Positions 39,292 to 52,611 of a stretch of DNA of 64,000 nucleotides are shown here, piece by piece; position 1 is the first letter of the stretch, and the number at the start of each line of letters is the position of its first letter. Made by a program: the position numbers and the translations under genes. Source of the DNA: Octopus vulgaris. Its lineage: Eukaryota. The notes under the pieces were generated by a model. The model was not told where the DNA came from and ran no database searches. It was given only the letters and a program-made list of their open reading frames with translations. The stretch covers positions 17,484,001 to 17,548,000 of the forward strand of contig OX597814.1 in NCBI GenBank assembly GCA_951406725.2, given 5' to 3'.

Positions 39292-40320
39292 GTGTGACTC
39301 TGTGTAGTATTTTTGTCTTTTCACATTATAAAGAATACATTGCGTAGAGCAGAGCATGCGTGCACATGATGAATGCGAGGGAATGATAGAGTAACGGAGG
39401 GAGGGAGGGGCAAATCAAGAGCAGTGGAAGTGAGAAAAATAGATGTCAACCGCCTGAATGAAAGAAAGAACCATGTTACATTATATATATATATGTCTAT
39501 GCGTGAACTCTTTCGCAATAACAATGGGATTGTGTACGTGTTGAAACGTTGTTCTACATAACTATCTATCACTACTCCTCTTTCTTCTCACTCTCTCTTT
39601 CTCCCCCCACTCTCTCTTTCTCTCTCCCTACTTCTATTTCTTTCTCGCACTATTTGATTCCTGTTTCAAAGCTCCCCCTCTTACTCTCCCTCTTGCTCCT
39701 CCTACCACACATTCACCCTCGCTTTTTTGTTGTTTTTTTTTTTGTCTGTTTTAATGCAACAGCTATTTACCGTTTCAGTCTTTGTTCAGTAAATATTTCA
39801 TTAGCAGTCATGTAAAAATGCAAACACGCACACGAGTATTCTGACGTGCACGAGGAAACGGCTCGAAATGCTATCTCTGAAAAGCGATTCACGCACGCCT
39901 TTACATACCCGTGCATAACAGCGACAAACAGGAACACACATGCACGCGCGCACGCGCGCACGCACGCACGCACAAACAAACATATACATACACACGTATA
40001 TACATATATACATATATATCTACCTACATATAAACATGCATACACAGGCCTGCGCATTTATTTATAAACACGCTCTGAAACACATGCAAGAACGCACATG
40101 AAACAAAAACACAGATGAACTCAAAGCAAACATACACGTATACACACCTACATACACACATGCACACATACACACACAAACAGGTATACACACGTATACA
40201 TTCACACACAAACACACACATATATATATATGCGTACACAAATATGCGTACGCGGGCACACAAAGCACAAATTCACATAAACATATCTACACATACACAC
40301 ATATAAACTTGCATATACAC

Positions 40321-40459
<139 letters not shown>

Positions 40460-40929
40460 TGCGCAATCTTACAGATGTAAAGAGAGATACACGCATATAC
40501 AAAACATTCAAATTGTCATAGAGACACAAACATATCTCAAAGACAAACATACGCTAGATCAGTTGCACATACAAACTCGTAAGCACGTATACACATTCCT
40601 TAACACAAACACAGGCTTACCCCAGAACAACTCACATACATAAATAATGGACATACTCTCAAACAAGAAACCTCAAACACATGCATATATGTTCTTGCAT
40701 ATATGATGCGCTCAAGTGTATTCATACAATCTCATCTCATAAAAAATAAAAGATAATGAGTGGATATACAAGCACACATCCATATTCATATGTACGTGAC
40801 TTTGTGTACACGTTATAAGACTACGTATAGACACATATATGAACGTATGTGTGTGTGTGCATGAATATACATATATCTATACGTGTGTGTGCATGTATAT
40901 ATATTTTTTTTCTTTCTTTTTTTCTTTTT

Positions 40930-41140
40930 TTTTCATTGATTGTGGCCATGCTGGAGCACCGCCTTTAGTCGAGGTCGAGCAAATCGACCCAAGGACTTAT
41001 TTTTTGTAAGTCTAGTACTTATTCTATCGGTATCATTTGCCGAACCGCCAAATTACGGCGACGTAAAGACACTAGCATCGGTTGTCGAGCGATGTTGGGG
41101 AACAAACACAGACACATGCATACATACATACATACATACA

Positions 41141-41211
<71 letters not shown>

Positions 41212-41378
41212 GACAGATTTCTTCAGTCGCTAAGGTTCATCTACCAAATCCACTCACAAGGCTTTCGTCGGTCCGAGGCTATAGTAGAAGACACTTGCTC
41301 TAGGTGCCACGGAGTAGGATTGAACTCGGAACCATGCGGTTGGCAAGCAAGCTACTTACCACACAGTCACTCCTGCGG
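40930..41378 (-). mobile_element. SINE A (diverged)
   Basis: Family match. Confidence 0.85.
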
Positions 41379-41394
41379 CTATGTATATATATAC

Positions 41395-41630
41395 ATGGCT
41401 TAGTGGTTAGGGGCATTCGGCTTATGATCGTAAGGTCGTGAGTTCAATTCTCGGCGACGCGTTGTGTCCTTGAGCAAGACACTTTAATCCACGTTGCACC
41501 AGTCCACTCAGCTGGCAAAAATGAATAGAACCTGTAATTGAAAGGATCAGCCTTGTCACACTCTGTGTCACTCTGAATCACCCCGAGTACTACGTGTTAA
41601 GGATACACATGTTTGTGGAGTTAATTTCAC
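41395..41630 (+). mobile_element. CORE-type SINE, 3'-truncated
   Basis: TGGCTTAGTGGTTAG..GAGTTCAATTC..GTGTCCTTGAGCAAGACACTT. Confidence 0.8.
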
Positions 41631-41681
41631 GAAATATATATATACACACACACACATGTACACACGCAGACACACACACAC

Positions 41682-41824
<143 letters not shown>

Positions 41825-42504
41825 TATAAATAAGGATTATATCGATATTGAAATATCGATCTTATCAAGTGGCCAGCATGGGAATAAATACCATACAAAG
41901 GTAATAATTATTTAAAACTATAAATTAGGGTATCTGGGCGCGATATGAACATTTAAGGTGGTTTTAAGGTCAGGGTTTTGACTGCTATTTCAGCATGGAG
42001 GTATCTCTCAGATATCCTAATTTATAGTTTTATATATATATATACTCGTGTACAAGTACTCATAGACTTACATGCAAATGTATATGTGTGTGTGTGTGTG
42101 TGAGTGTGTGTGTGTGTGAGAGAGTGTGCATGTGTCTGTGTGTGTGCAAACATCTGATCAAATCCCGCATAATGCATTTGTCACTGTTGTAATATTTATT
42201 TACTTCTATCTCATTAAATTTTTTCTTTCTAATTTACATTTTTCTCTTATACGTGATTTCTACCGGAAAACTCATTTCATATCCTCACACGTTCTCGAGA
42301 GCACTTGTAGACACACGCATATATGTGAAAGTATATACATTTTAAAAAAACAAATCATTCATAGATATAGAAATATATAAATGTGTGTGTGTATTTACTT
42401 ATGTCTATATATATAGGTTTATATACATACATTTGCTTATCTATCTCTGTGTGCAGCCCTGTGTGGCTAATAAAGAAATATATCTATCTATCTATCTATC
42501 AGAC

Positions 42505-42506
42505 AT

Positions 42507-42538
<32 letters not shown>

Positions 42539-42567
42539 GTGATAGATAGATAGATAGATAGACAGAC

Positions 42568-42635
<68 letters not shown>
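42505..42635. repeat. (GATA)n microsatellite
   Basis: Direct reading. Confidence 0.95.
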
Positions 42636-42636
<1 letters not shown>

Positions 42637-42999
42637 TGCGTATGCTTATGTACATGTATAGGTATATGGGAAAAAGTAATTTTGTGTACGCAAAAAATTG
42701 AAAATTTCAGAGGTAATTATTAGCGACTCTAAAAGAAAGGGGGTGGGAGAGATAATTGCAAGGAACTAAAAATTGTCGCTGAAATTTGATTTACATTTTT
42801 AGGGGAAGGAAAGTTTAAACTCTGTTAGCAGACAAACAACCTGTTCGTCTGAGTTTCCGGACAATGGACATGAGGTAAAATAATAAAATAAGAACAAAAA
42901 TAAACGAGTGAAGAAAAATAAAAAGTGCGTGTGTATATTTCGCATAAAAAAATTACCATCCCCAAATACAACAATATGTATATATATATATATATATGA

Positions 43000-43698
43000 T
43001 ATGTAGAAAAATACAAACTGGGACAAGAACGTAAAACATTTAGAAGACGATACAAAAAACACGGACGGGACATTCGAAGCCTTCAATCTTCAGTCAAGAA
43101 CCGGATCATACTAGAAATTTCGGTTGATTAATCTTGAGATCGCTCCGATCTGGCCAGCCCCAAGGAATAACTAAGCTACGAGCATTAGATTTCTTGGAAA
43201 AAGGATCGAATGTATACGAAACAGGGACAGAAAAACGGACGATGCCACACGAATATAAAATACAAAAAACAATAATAGTAAAAACAGTACAAAAACAGCG
43301 GGTGTCTTCCGACTAATAGACAGTACAACTTAGTTTATAGCTGGCGTATTTTGGAGAAAAAATGCCTTTTTCGGCAGACGAAGACAACGATGTTCTCATG
43401 GCGCTGGTTAGAAGCTGAAAGGCTGGTTGACCAGCGGTCACGTGAGAGGAGAAGAGAGAGAAAAAAAGGGGGGCAAGGGAATCAAAGAGAGAGAGAAAAA
43501 GAGGGACGAAGGCACCAAAGGGGGGGAGAAGAGAGAGAAAGAAGGAATTAAAGAGGGGAGAAGAAAGAGAGCGTGCCAAGGATTGGCTTGGCGACAGAAT
43601 CAGTGAGTGCAAAGTGAGAAAGAATGAGAAATGTGAGAGAGTGGGGAAGAGTAGACCAAAGAATCAGAGGTAAGAAAAGAGAAAAGGAGGAGGAGAAG

Positions 43699-43730
<32 letters not shown>

Positions 43731-44138
43731 GAAAGAGACAGATCAAAGTAGAGTGCAAAGTGTGAAAGGCAGAGAAATGTAGGAGAGAGAGACAGTGTTA
43801 TAGAGTCGTACCAAATTTAAAGGAATATGTACTTACATAAGGCCAAATATATATATTATATGTAGAAAAATACAAACTGGGACAAGAACGTAAAACATTT
43901 AGAAGACGATACAAAAAACACGGACGGGGCATTCGAAGCCTTCAATCTTCAGTCAAGAACCGGATCATCCTAGCAATTTCGGCTGATTAATCTTGAGATC
44001 GATCCGATCCGGCCAGCCCCAAAGAATAACTAAGCTACGAGCATTAGATTTCTTGGAAAAAGGATCGAATGTATACGAAAGAGGGACAGAAAAAACGGAC
44101 GATGCCACACGAATATAAAATACAAAAAACAATAATAG

Positions 44139-44141
<3 letters not shown>
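43000..44141 (-). mobile_element. Mini-element with about 282-bp direct terminal repeats (43000-43281 and 43859-44141), probably Penelope-derived
   Basis: Two near-identical direct repeats, purine-rich interior, inserted in (TA)n, no TG..CA ends. Confidence 0.7.
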
Positions 44142-44205
<64 letters not shown>

Positions 44206-44389
44206 TAGTTCATAAATGCGAATCAGATATTCTCGTTTTAGAATACTCTTTGCAGTGTTCAAGAAATTTTAACTTGGGCGGGTAGAGAAGTAAATGTATG
44301 GATTAGCAAGTTAGACAGATCAATATATAAAGCATATTAGATATATCAAATACAAAAAAAAATGTATATATGTTTATAAAGGTTCAACT

Positions 44390-44816
44390 TGCACTTAATA
44401 CAAATGATACAGAGAGTTTGAGAAGTTGAAGAAAGGTATTAGAAACCCAACAACTGTTTCTGGAGGCTTGGTGGTCCAAAATAATGTTTGTAGATTGATT
44501 CCATCGTAAGATGGGACGAACCTCCGTCTTCTGGGAAGAGATCTTACATTTGAGGTGTTAAAGGAAAGGAGTTCAAAGATGGAATAATGTGTGTGGGGGA
44601 GGAAACCTTTTATCCTCACTAATTGTGACTGAAAGTGCCGGAGCACCTATACTGCAAGAAATAAGTGTTCAAAACTCTTAATGCTGTAAGGAGCGCCCAA
44701 TACTGCACACTGCCAGGGGGTTATATTGTGAACTTCTTAGAGCATTAAGAGTATTTAACTCTTATTTCTTGCAATATAAGTACTTCGACAACCTCAGTCA
44801 CAATTATTGAGGATAA
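44390..44816 (-). mobile_element. Penelope-like remnant with a decayed hammerhead and about 85-bp inverted arms
   Basis: Minus strand CCCAT-CTTACGA-TGGA...TCCA-GAAA-CAGTTG-TTGGG; inverted repeat 44610-44693 / 44733-44816. Confidence 0.45.
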
Positions 44817-45158
44817 GATTTTTCTTTTATGGCATTCTATTGCCCCTAGCTGTTTATATTAATTTATGTACATTTCTGCCATGCGGTTGAGTTATGCTGG
44901 AACACCACCATGATTTTATGCCCATTCCACAGTTTTCTTATTTGGTTAATTTCTTCTGAGTGATGAGATTTTACGTCACCATTCCTGCATGTGCTTTTAC
45001 CTTGTTTGCTCTTCTCATCTGTACTTCATGCAGGGGCGTTGGTTCGTTTACAATCGTGGATAGAAGAATCTCCAGATATGTGTATGCATGTGTGTGTGTG
45101 TATTTTTCTATGTAACACTGTGTATGTATGTGTGTGTGAGTATATATATATGTGTATG

Positions 45159-45217
<59 letters not shown>

Positions 45218-45987
45218 CCGAAAATAGTTGCTGAAAAACAGGGAAAGAACTAAAAGCAGTAGAAATGCACGAACAATTATGGTGGTGTCATGAAGTAAAA
45301 ATGCTTCAGATACATTCGTTTATTCATACAAACGTAACTGAGATGAAATATGTCATATATAACTGTGACAAATGAAATATACACCACCGGAAGTTGTTGT
45401 TGAGAAACAACAACAGTAATTTTATTCAGCTGAATACACATCATTGATTGGTTGAAATTACCGAAATACGACAACTTTAACACGAATAAATTTGTAAATA
45501 CAAACTTTTCTCAGCATCGCTAAGAGTAAAAGATGTTTTATATAACACATTCTACCAGTGTCCGAAATTTGAAAGTGTTTAGTTATAAAAAATTGATTTC
45601 TCGATCTGGCGTTCAAAGGGTAAAGATCTAAATCTGTAAACACTTAAACTTTACGAAAGAGTCAACGCTAAATCAGATCATGTTTTTAAAATACACATAG
45701 ACACATGCGCGTGCGCATATATATCTAGTCCTGGCGTTGATTTGTTTAACTAAAACCCTTGATGGTGTTGCTCCAGCATGACCACTGTCAAAAGACTAAA
45801 ACAAAAGAATATAAGTATATGTGTGTGTGTGTGTGTAATTATGTACGTGTGCATGCATATGCATACATACACATACATACATGTATACACCGTTAAGCTA
45901 ATACGAAACTTTGTGCATGTATATATCAAAGTTTGAAAGTATATAATTTTTGGCAATAAAACAACAACAACAACAACAATAATAATA

Positions 45988-46021
<34 letters not shown>

Positions 46022-46022
<1 letters not shown>

Positions 46023-46349
46023 TTTTAAAATGTGGCATCTCAAGGCGACTACAGTATCAGAGATTGTAAGATCTCTAGGGATGAAACCTATTTGAAAATG
46101 ATACCAGGCTTACCATCCCTATAGAAAGTGCAAAAAATCATGTTAACTGGAACGACTCATGTACCGAGAAGAGCATTATCGCTGTGAAAACAACATCCAT
46201 TCATGAATTTATTTATCTATTAATTTTTTAAATACATATTTTACCTGTGAATTTGCTTTTGTACTCTGGGAATGCATACAATGAGCTTCTCTGCCCTAGG
46301 TGTACGGAAAACACCCGGCGAGAAACGGAAGAAAATTTGAAGAAAGAAG

Positions 46350-46350
<1 letters not shown>
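46022..46350 (+). mobile_element. R4/Dong-like 3' end inserted in (TAA)n
   Basis: KMWHLKATTV..IVRSLGM..YLKMIPGLPSL*KVQKIMLTGTTHVPRRALSL* matches the R4/Dong C-terminus; TAA repeats on both sides. Confidence 0.8.
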
Positions 46351-46410
<60 letters not shown>

Positions 46411-46411
46411 T

Positions 46412-46575
46412 TATTTTTTTATGTATTAGACATTCACTAGTACAACACAAAAAACCCAAATATATGGCACACTAGGCATAACAGCAACGTGAACTTCCAA
46501 CCTGTTTTCTCTTGAGGTCTCTGGGTGAGACTTGGAGCCAACTTTACAGACATAAAGCAAAAGTCAAACATAGAA
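46412..46575 (+). mobile_element. Second probable Dong-type 3' UTR in (TAA)n
   Basis: GAGGTCTCTGGGTGAGACTTGG motif followed by a TAA tail; TAA upstream as well. Confidence 0.5.
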
Positions 46576-47039
46576 TAATAATAATAATAATAATGATGAT
46601 GATGATGATAATAAGGATAATAAGGATAATAATGATAGTAATATTCTAAAATTCCCTAAACTCATATATACACCTCTCTTATGGCACAGTGTTGAAATGT
46701 TGTAAGATTCTTTACAACAACAAAACGTTGTTGTACGTTTTTGTTTTAATTAAAAAAATAGTAAAACTGAAACCAAACAAAAAAAATAATAAATAAACGA
46801 CACGCCGTAAACTAGCAAAGAAAAATGGTAATAGCAATAAGAATAGCCACAATACCACCACCACTGCCATTAGCGTTACGTTATCATCACAACATACACG
46901 CAAAAATGATAACAACGCCGATTTCTAGTTTAGCACCGTCAACGTTAAAATAGCTGGAAAGCTGAAGAAAGATTCGGGGGAGACCTCACGCAGTTTTTGA
47001 CTCTGGGATCAGTTCCGACGTCGCAATGGCTACAACCAA

Positions 47040-47067
47040 TTGCTGTTGTTGTTGTTGTTGACGATCG

Positions 47068-47121
<54 letters not shown>

Positions 47122-47996
47122 GGATTATGATGGTGGTGGTGGCAGTGGTGGTGGTGGTGGCAGTGGTGGTGGTGGTGGTGATGTTGGTAATGGTGATGGT
47201 GGTGATGGTGGTGTTGGTGGTGGTGGTGATGTTGGTAATGGTGATGGTGGTGGTAGTGGTGGTGGTCGTGATGGTGGTGGTGGTGGCAGTGGTGGTGGTG
47301 GCAGTGGTGGTGGTGATGTTGGTAATGGTGATGGTGGTGGTAGTGGTGGTGGTGGTGGTGGTGGTGGTGGTGGTGGTGGTGGTGATAGTAGTGGTGGTGG
47401 TGGTGATAGTAGTGGTGGTGGTGGTGGTGGTGATGGTGGTGGTGGTGGTGGTGGTGGTGGTGGTGGTAGTGATAGTAGTAGTGATGGTGGTGATGTTGGT
47501 GAAGGTGGTGGTGGTGGTGATTGTAGTGGTGGTGGTGGTGGTGGTGGTGGTGGTGGTGGTGATGGGGGTGATGGTGGTGGCGTTGATAGTGGTGGTAGTG
47601 GTAGTGGTGGTGATGTTGGTAATGGTGATGGTGGTGATGGTGGTGTTGGTGGTGGTGGTGATGTTGGTAATGGTGATGGTGGTGGTAGTGGTGGTGGTCG
47701 TGATGGTGGTGGTGGTGGCAGTGGTGGTGGTGATGTTGGTAATGGTGATGGTGGTGGTAGTGGTGATTGTAGTAGTGGTGGTGGTGGTGGTGATGGGGGT
47801 GATGGTGGTGGCGTTGATAGTGGTGGTAGTGGTAGTGGTAGTGATAGTGGGTGGTGGTAGTGGTGGTACTCCTGCTGCTGAAGGTGTTTTGTTTTAGTTG
47901 TTGCTGTTGATGTTGCATTTTTTTCCTTCCTGCTGGTTCTGCAGGAATTCTTCTTTGGCTGCTATTGTTATTCCTGCAGCTGCTTCTGAGATTGTA

Positions 47997-48029
<33 letters not shown>

Positions 48030-48137
48030 AACAATTACTACTACCACTTCTTTTGTAACAACAACAACAACAACTTCAGCAGTAATCACAACAACTACTA
48101 CAACGACTACTGCTGCTACTGCAGCTGATAATGAAGA

Positions 48138-48173
<36 letters not shown>

Positions 48174-48233
48174 TACAACTACTACTAATACTACTACATC
48201 TACTATAACTACTACTACTACTACTACTACAAA

Positions 48234-48277
<44 letters not shown>

Positions 48278-48278
48278 T

Positions 48279-48311
<33 letters not shown>

Positions 48312-48643
48312 AACTACTACTACTACTACTACATCTACTATAACTACTACTACTACTACTACTACTACTACAAATACTACTACTACTACTACTACTTCTA
48401 CTACTACTACTACTACTAGTACTATTACTACTACTACTACTTCTACTACTTCTACTACAACTACTACTACTACTACTACTTCTACTACTACTACTACTAC
48501 TACTATTACTACTACTACTACTACTATTACTACTACATCTACTACTACTACTTCTACTACAACTACTACTAATACTACTACTACTATTACTACTACTACT
48601 ACTTCTACTACTTCTACTACAACTACTACTACTACTACTACTT

Positions 48644-48691
<48 letters not shown>

Positions 48692-48692
48692 T

Positions 48693-48724
<32 letters not shown>

Positions 48725-49266
48725 AACAATAACAGCAACAGCACCAACAATGATGCCACCGCCACCGCCACCACCACCACCACCACTTCTACTACTTCTG
48801 CTACAATTACTACTACTACTACTATACTACTATTACGAATGCTAATGCTGCGTGTGATTATGTTCTTGTTGTCTTCATCGTTGGTGGTGCTGTTGTTGTT
48901 GTTGGTGGTGGTGGTGGTGGTGGTGGTGGTGGCGGTGGTGGTGGTGATGTTGGTAATGGCGATGGTGGTGGTAGTGTTTGTGGTGGTGGTGGTGGTGGTG
49001 GTGGTGGTGGTGGTGGTGGTGGTGGTGGTGGTGGTGGTGGTGGTGGTGGCGGTGGTGGTGGTGATGTTGGTAATGGCGATGGTGGTGGTAGTGTTTGTGG
49101 TGGTGGTGGTGGTGGTGGTGGTGGTGGCAGTGGTGGTGGTGGCAGTGGTGGTGGTGATGTTGGTAATGGCGATGGTGGTGGTAGTGTTGGTGGTGTTGGT
49201 GTGGTGGTGGTGGTGGTGGTGGTGGTGGTGGTGGTGGTGGTGGTGGTGGTGGTGGTGGTGGTGGTG
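47040..49266. repeat. Compound triplet-repeat field (GTT, GAT, GGT, ACT, GGT) with higher-order units
   Basis: Direct reading; recurring unit GGTGATGTTGGTAATGG(T/C)GATGGTGGT. Confidence 0.92.
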
Positions 49267-49576
49267 TAATGACTTTAGAATGCTATACCTGGGCTTTGTT
49301 GTTTGATCGCTCTTCTTAACCTCATTCTTGTTGTTCTGGAGGAGGTAGTTTTTTTTTTTCGGTTTCGATTCATCACGGGGAAAATTCTTGCTTTAATTCG
49401 CCGTGATTCGCTGAGATCTACATACAAATATTTCATTTATATGAACACATAATAATTCCATTACATAGGGCAGGAGAAATGCCTCCGTTTCCTGTCTACT
49501 TTATAAACACTTTTAGGTATACTGCTGTTGCTCTGTGGTGTAAAATGCAGATATAATCATGTGTGTGTATATATAT

Positions 49577-49807
49577 TACTTGTTTCAGTCATTTGACTGT
49601 GGCCATGCTGGAGCACCGCCTTTTAGCCGAGCAAATCAACCCCAGGTCTTATTCTTTGTAAGCCTAGTACTTATTCTATCGGGGTTTTTTTTTTGCCGAA
49701 CCGCTAAGTTACGGGGACGTAAACACACCAGCATCGGCTGTCAAGCGATGTTGGATGACAAGCACAGACACACAAACACACACACACACATACACACACA
49801 TATATAT

Positions 49808-49839
<32 letters not shown>

Positions 49840-50019
49840 GTATCTACACATATATACGACGGGCTTCTTTCAACCTCCGTCCACCAAATCCACTCACAAG
49901 GCTTTGGGCGGTCCGAGGCTATAGTAGAAGACACTTGCCCAAGGTGCCACGTTGTGAGATTGAACCCGGAACCATGTGGTTGGTAAGCAAGCTACTTACC
50001 ACACAGCCACTTTTACGCC
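49577..50019 (-). mobile_element. SINE A
   Basis: Family match. Confidence 0.9.
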
Positions 50020-50129
50020 TATAGGAGTGTTTATTTATTTTTCTAAACTGGTTGAATTTTTGACTCTACGCTGTAATCTTAAAGCTTTTTGGTTGTATGA
50101 ACGAGTGAACGTCAGCTTTTCACTCCAAA

Positions 50130-50515
50130 TGGATAGAAGCACTCCGTCGGTTACGACGACGAGGGTTCCGGTTGATCCGTATCAACGGAACAGCCTGCTC
50201 GTGAAATTAACGTGTAAGTGGCTGAGCACTCCACAGACACGTGTACCCTTAACGTAGTTCTCGGGGATATTCAGCGTGACACAGGGAGTGACAAGGCCGG
50301 CCCTCTGAAATACAGGTACAACAGAAACAGGAAGTAAGAGTGAGAGAAAGTTGTGGTGAAAGAGTACAGCAGGGATCACCACCATCCCCTGCCGGAGCCT
50401 CGTGGAGTTTTAGGTGTTTTCGCTCAATAAACACTCACAACGCCCGGTCTGGGAATCGAAACCGCGATCCTATGACCGCGAGTCCGCTGTCCTAACCACT
50501 GGGCCATTGCGCCTC
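50130..50515 (-). mobile_element. SINE C with TSD TCACTCCAAAT
   Basis: Family match; flanking repeat. Confidence 0.92.
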
Positions 50516-50829
50516 CCTCACTCCAAATAATGTGTCAACGCCCCAGTCAGGTTCATTTAACATTTTTCTACCAAAATTTTAAAAAAAAACATGGAAAATC
50601 GACAGTTTATGGTACCATTGTTCCATTTAATGTTTTTAATACATTGCTTCTTCGCGTCTTTTCAAATTAATAAATTTTAAACTTTTTTCTTCAACGTTCT
50701 ATCTGTTTTGTTATCAATTTTATAATTTCTCTCACTCATTAATTCGTTCATGTTCTCTCTCTTGTCTCTTCTCCTCCCCTCTCTTGTTTCTTTCTCTCTG
50801 TTTTTCGTTTTATTCATAGTTTAAATTTA

Positions 50830-51207
50830 GGAGGCGCAATGGCCCAGTGGTTAGGGCAGCGGACTCGCGGTCGTAGGATCGCGGTTTCGATTCCCAGACC
50901 GGGCGTTGTGAGTGTTTATTGAGCGAAAACACCTAAAGCTCCACGAGGCTCCGGCAGGGATGGTGGTGATCCCTGCTGTACTCTTTCACCACAACTCTCT
51001 CTCACTCTTACTTCCTGTTTCTGTATTTCAAAGGGCCGGCCTTGTCACTCTCTGTGTCACGCTGAATATCCCCGAGAACTACGTTAAAGGGTACACGTGT
51101 CTGTGGAGTGCTCAGCCACTTACACGTTAATTTCACGAGCAGGCTGTTCCGTTGATTGGATCAACCGGAACCCTCGTCGTCGTAACCGACGGAGTGCTTC
51201 CATCCAT
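50830..51207 (+). mobile_element. SINE C with TSD AGTTTAAATTTA
   Basis: Family match; flanking repeat. Confidence 0.92.
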
Positions 51208-51528
51208 CAGTTTAAATTTATTTTGTTTAGCATTTGAATTGTTAATTTAACCGCGCCATCTAGTATAATAGCAATTAGATCTGTCTAGTGTAATTGTTTG
51301 TTTATCAATGTGCCAAAGTGACTTCTTTATCTTGAAAACATTTATCTACTCCTTTTGTAAATGACTTTCGAGATGTCTCCGTACGAGCATATATTTCTAT
51401 ATCATTTCAGGTACGTAAATCCGAAATGCTCCTTGTGCTTCATAAGAATTTACATATTCATTCTGTACGTATAAATACATGCACTGACTCATATATGCAT
51501 ATATAGAATACATAAAACTATGTATATG

Positions 51529-51560
<32 letters not shown>

Positions 51561-52099
51561 ATTATATGCATTCTAAAAGGCGTATTCTTAATTGAGAACC
51601 ATAAGCAAAACTAGAAGATTTATTACTCAATGCCAGCAAATTCGACAACCTCAAGCATCTTTCATGAAATTTAATAACGACCAGTACATTCTTCCTTCCA
51701 CCCTTAATTTACCTTTAAATTTATACGTAAATAAGTTGATGACAGTTTGGTTAGAATCGAAAATCACTGCATTACATTTCCAGCGAAACAACAGTAACGA
51801 AGAAATCCCAAAGGATTTGGATAACAGTCAGACCTATGCATGATAGAAGCCAATATGTCTCCAATGTATCAATATATTTCCAAAAGTTAGCAGGTCGTTG
51901 GCATTAAGCGAATATGTGATAAATGGTTTCGTTGGTCTCTTTGTTTCTCGGACACATTTTACCGGCGTAAATGCTTCGTCTACAGAGTTTATCTCCAACA
52001 AATAATACTACCTGTAAAATTGCTAGATCAAAGTTTGTTGACCTGGCAGCTTTAGCAGGTTGTTTTAATTATATATATAAAAAGCGGTGACTGTCTAAT

Positions 52100-52260
52100 C
52101 GAGACACTTCCGTTCTTTTCTCTGAATTTTTTTCTTTCTTCATTTATCATTTCTCAAGAAGAGCGTAGGCTCGAAACGTTAACGACTTCTAATTTTCCTG
52201 AGCGTCAAAATAATAGACCCATTTTTGTGTGTTTTGTCTTTTACCTTGCCTTCGTGTTTT
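52100..52260 (+). mobile_element. Penelope-like terminal-repeat remnant (family E)
   Basis: CTCAAGA-A-GAGCGTAGGCTC-GAAACGTT and CCTGAGCGTCAAA; homologous to 31403-31615. Confidence 0.55.
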
Positions 52261-52611
52261 TTCTATTTTTTTTTGTGGTGGTTGGGCGGGTTACCATATG
52301 TATAATCGACCTGGATATTCTCTACAAAATGATACTCAGTGCATTTTATAACAGAGACTGGACAAATATCCAGATCCAGTTAACTATTTTCGGTCTAGGT
52401 TTGACCTGATGCTGGAACTCAGGCAAGAAATATATGAAAGAGAGCATATCTAACAGCCAGATGTCACACTGTCCGGCATCTCGGCATATATCGTTGTCCT
52501 ATCGTATGCCTACGCATAATCATTAAAGGCATAAGTAAACACCAGGCGCGAGTAGTCGCAGCAGCAGCAGTAGTCGTAGTAGTAGTTGCAGCAGCAGCAT
52601 TTATACTTAAA

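Noticed and set aside
43930-43960. CTGAAGA on the minus strand of the direct repeats as a hammerhead core
   Set aside because: Followed by GAAT rather than GAAA, with no convincing stems I and III
46986-48089. 367-aa His-rich and 287-aa Gly/Asp-rich ORFs
   Set aside because: They arise from GGT/GAT triplet repeats that are open in several frames on both strands; no signal peptide or unique domain is present
50830-50905. Functional tRNA gene
   Set aside because: The tRNA-like A/B boxes continue into a SINE body and tail with a TSD and occur in many copies
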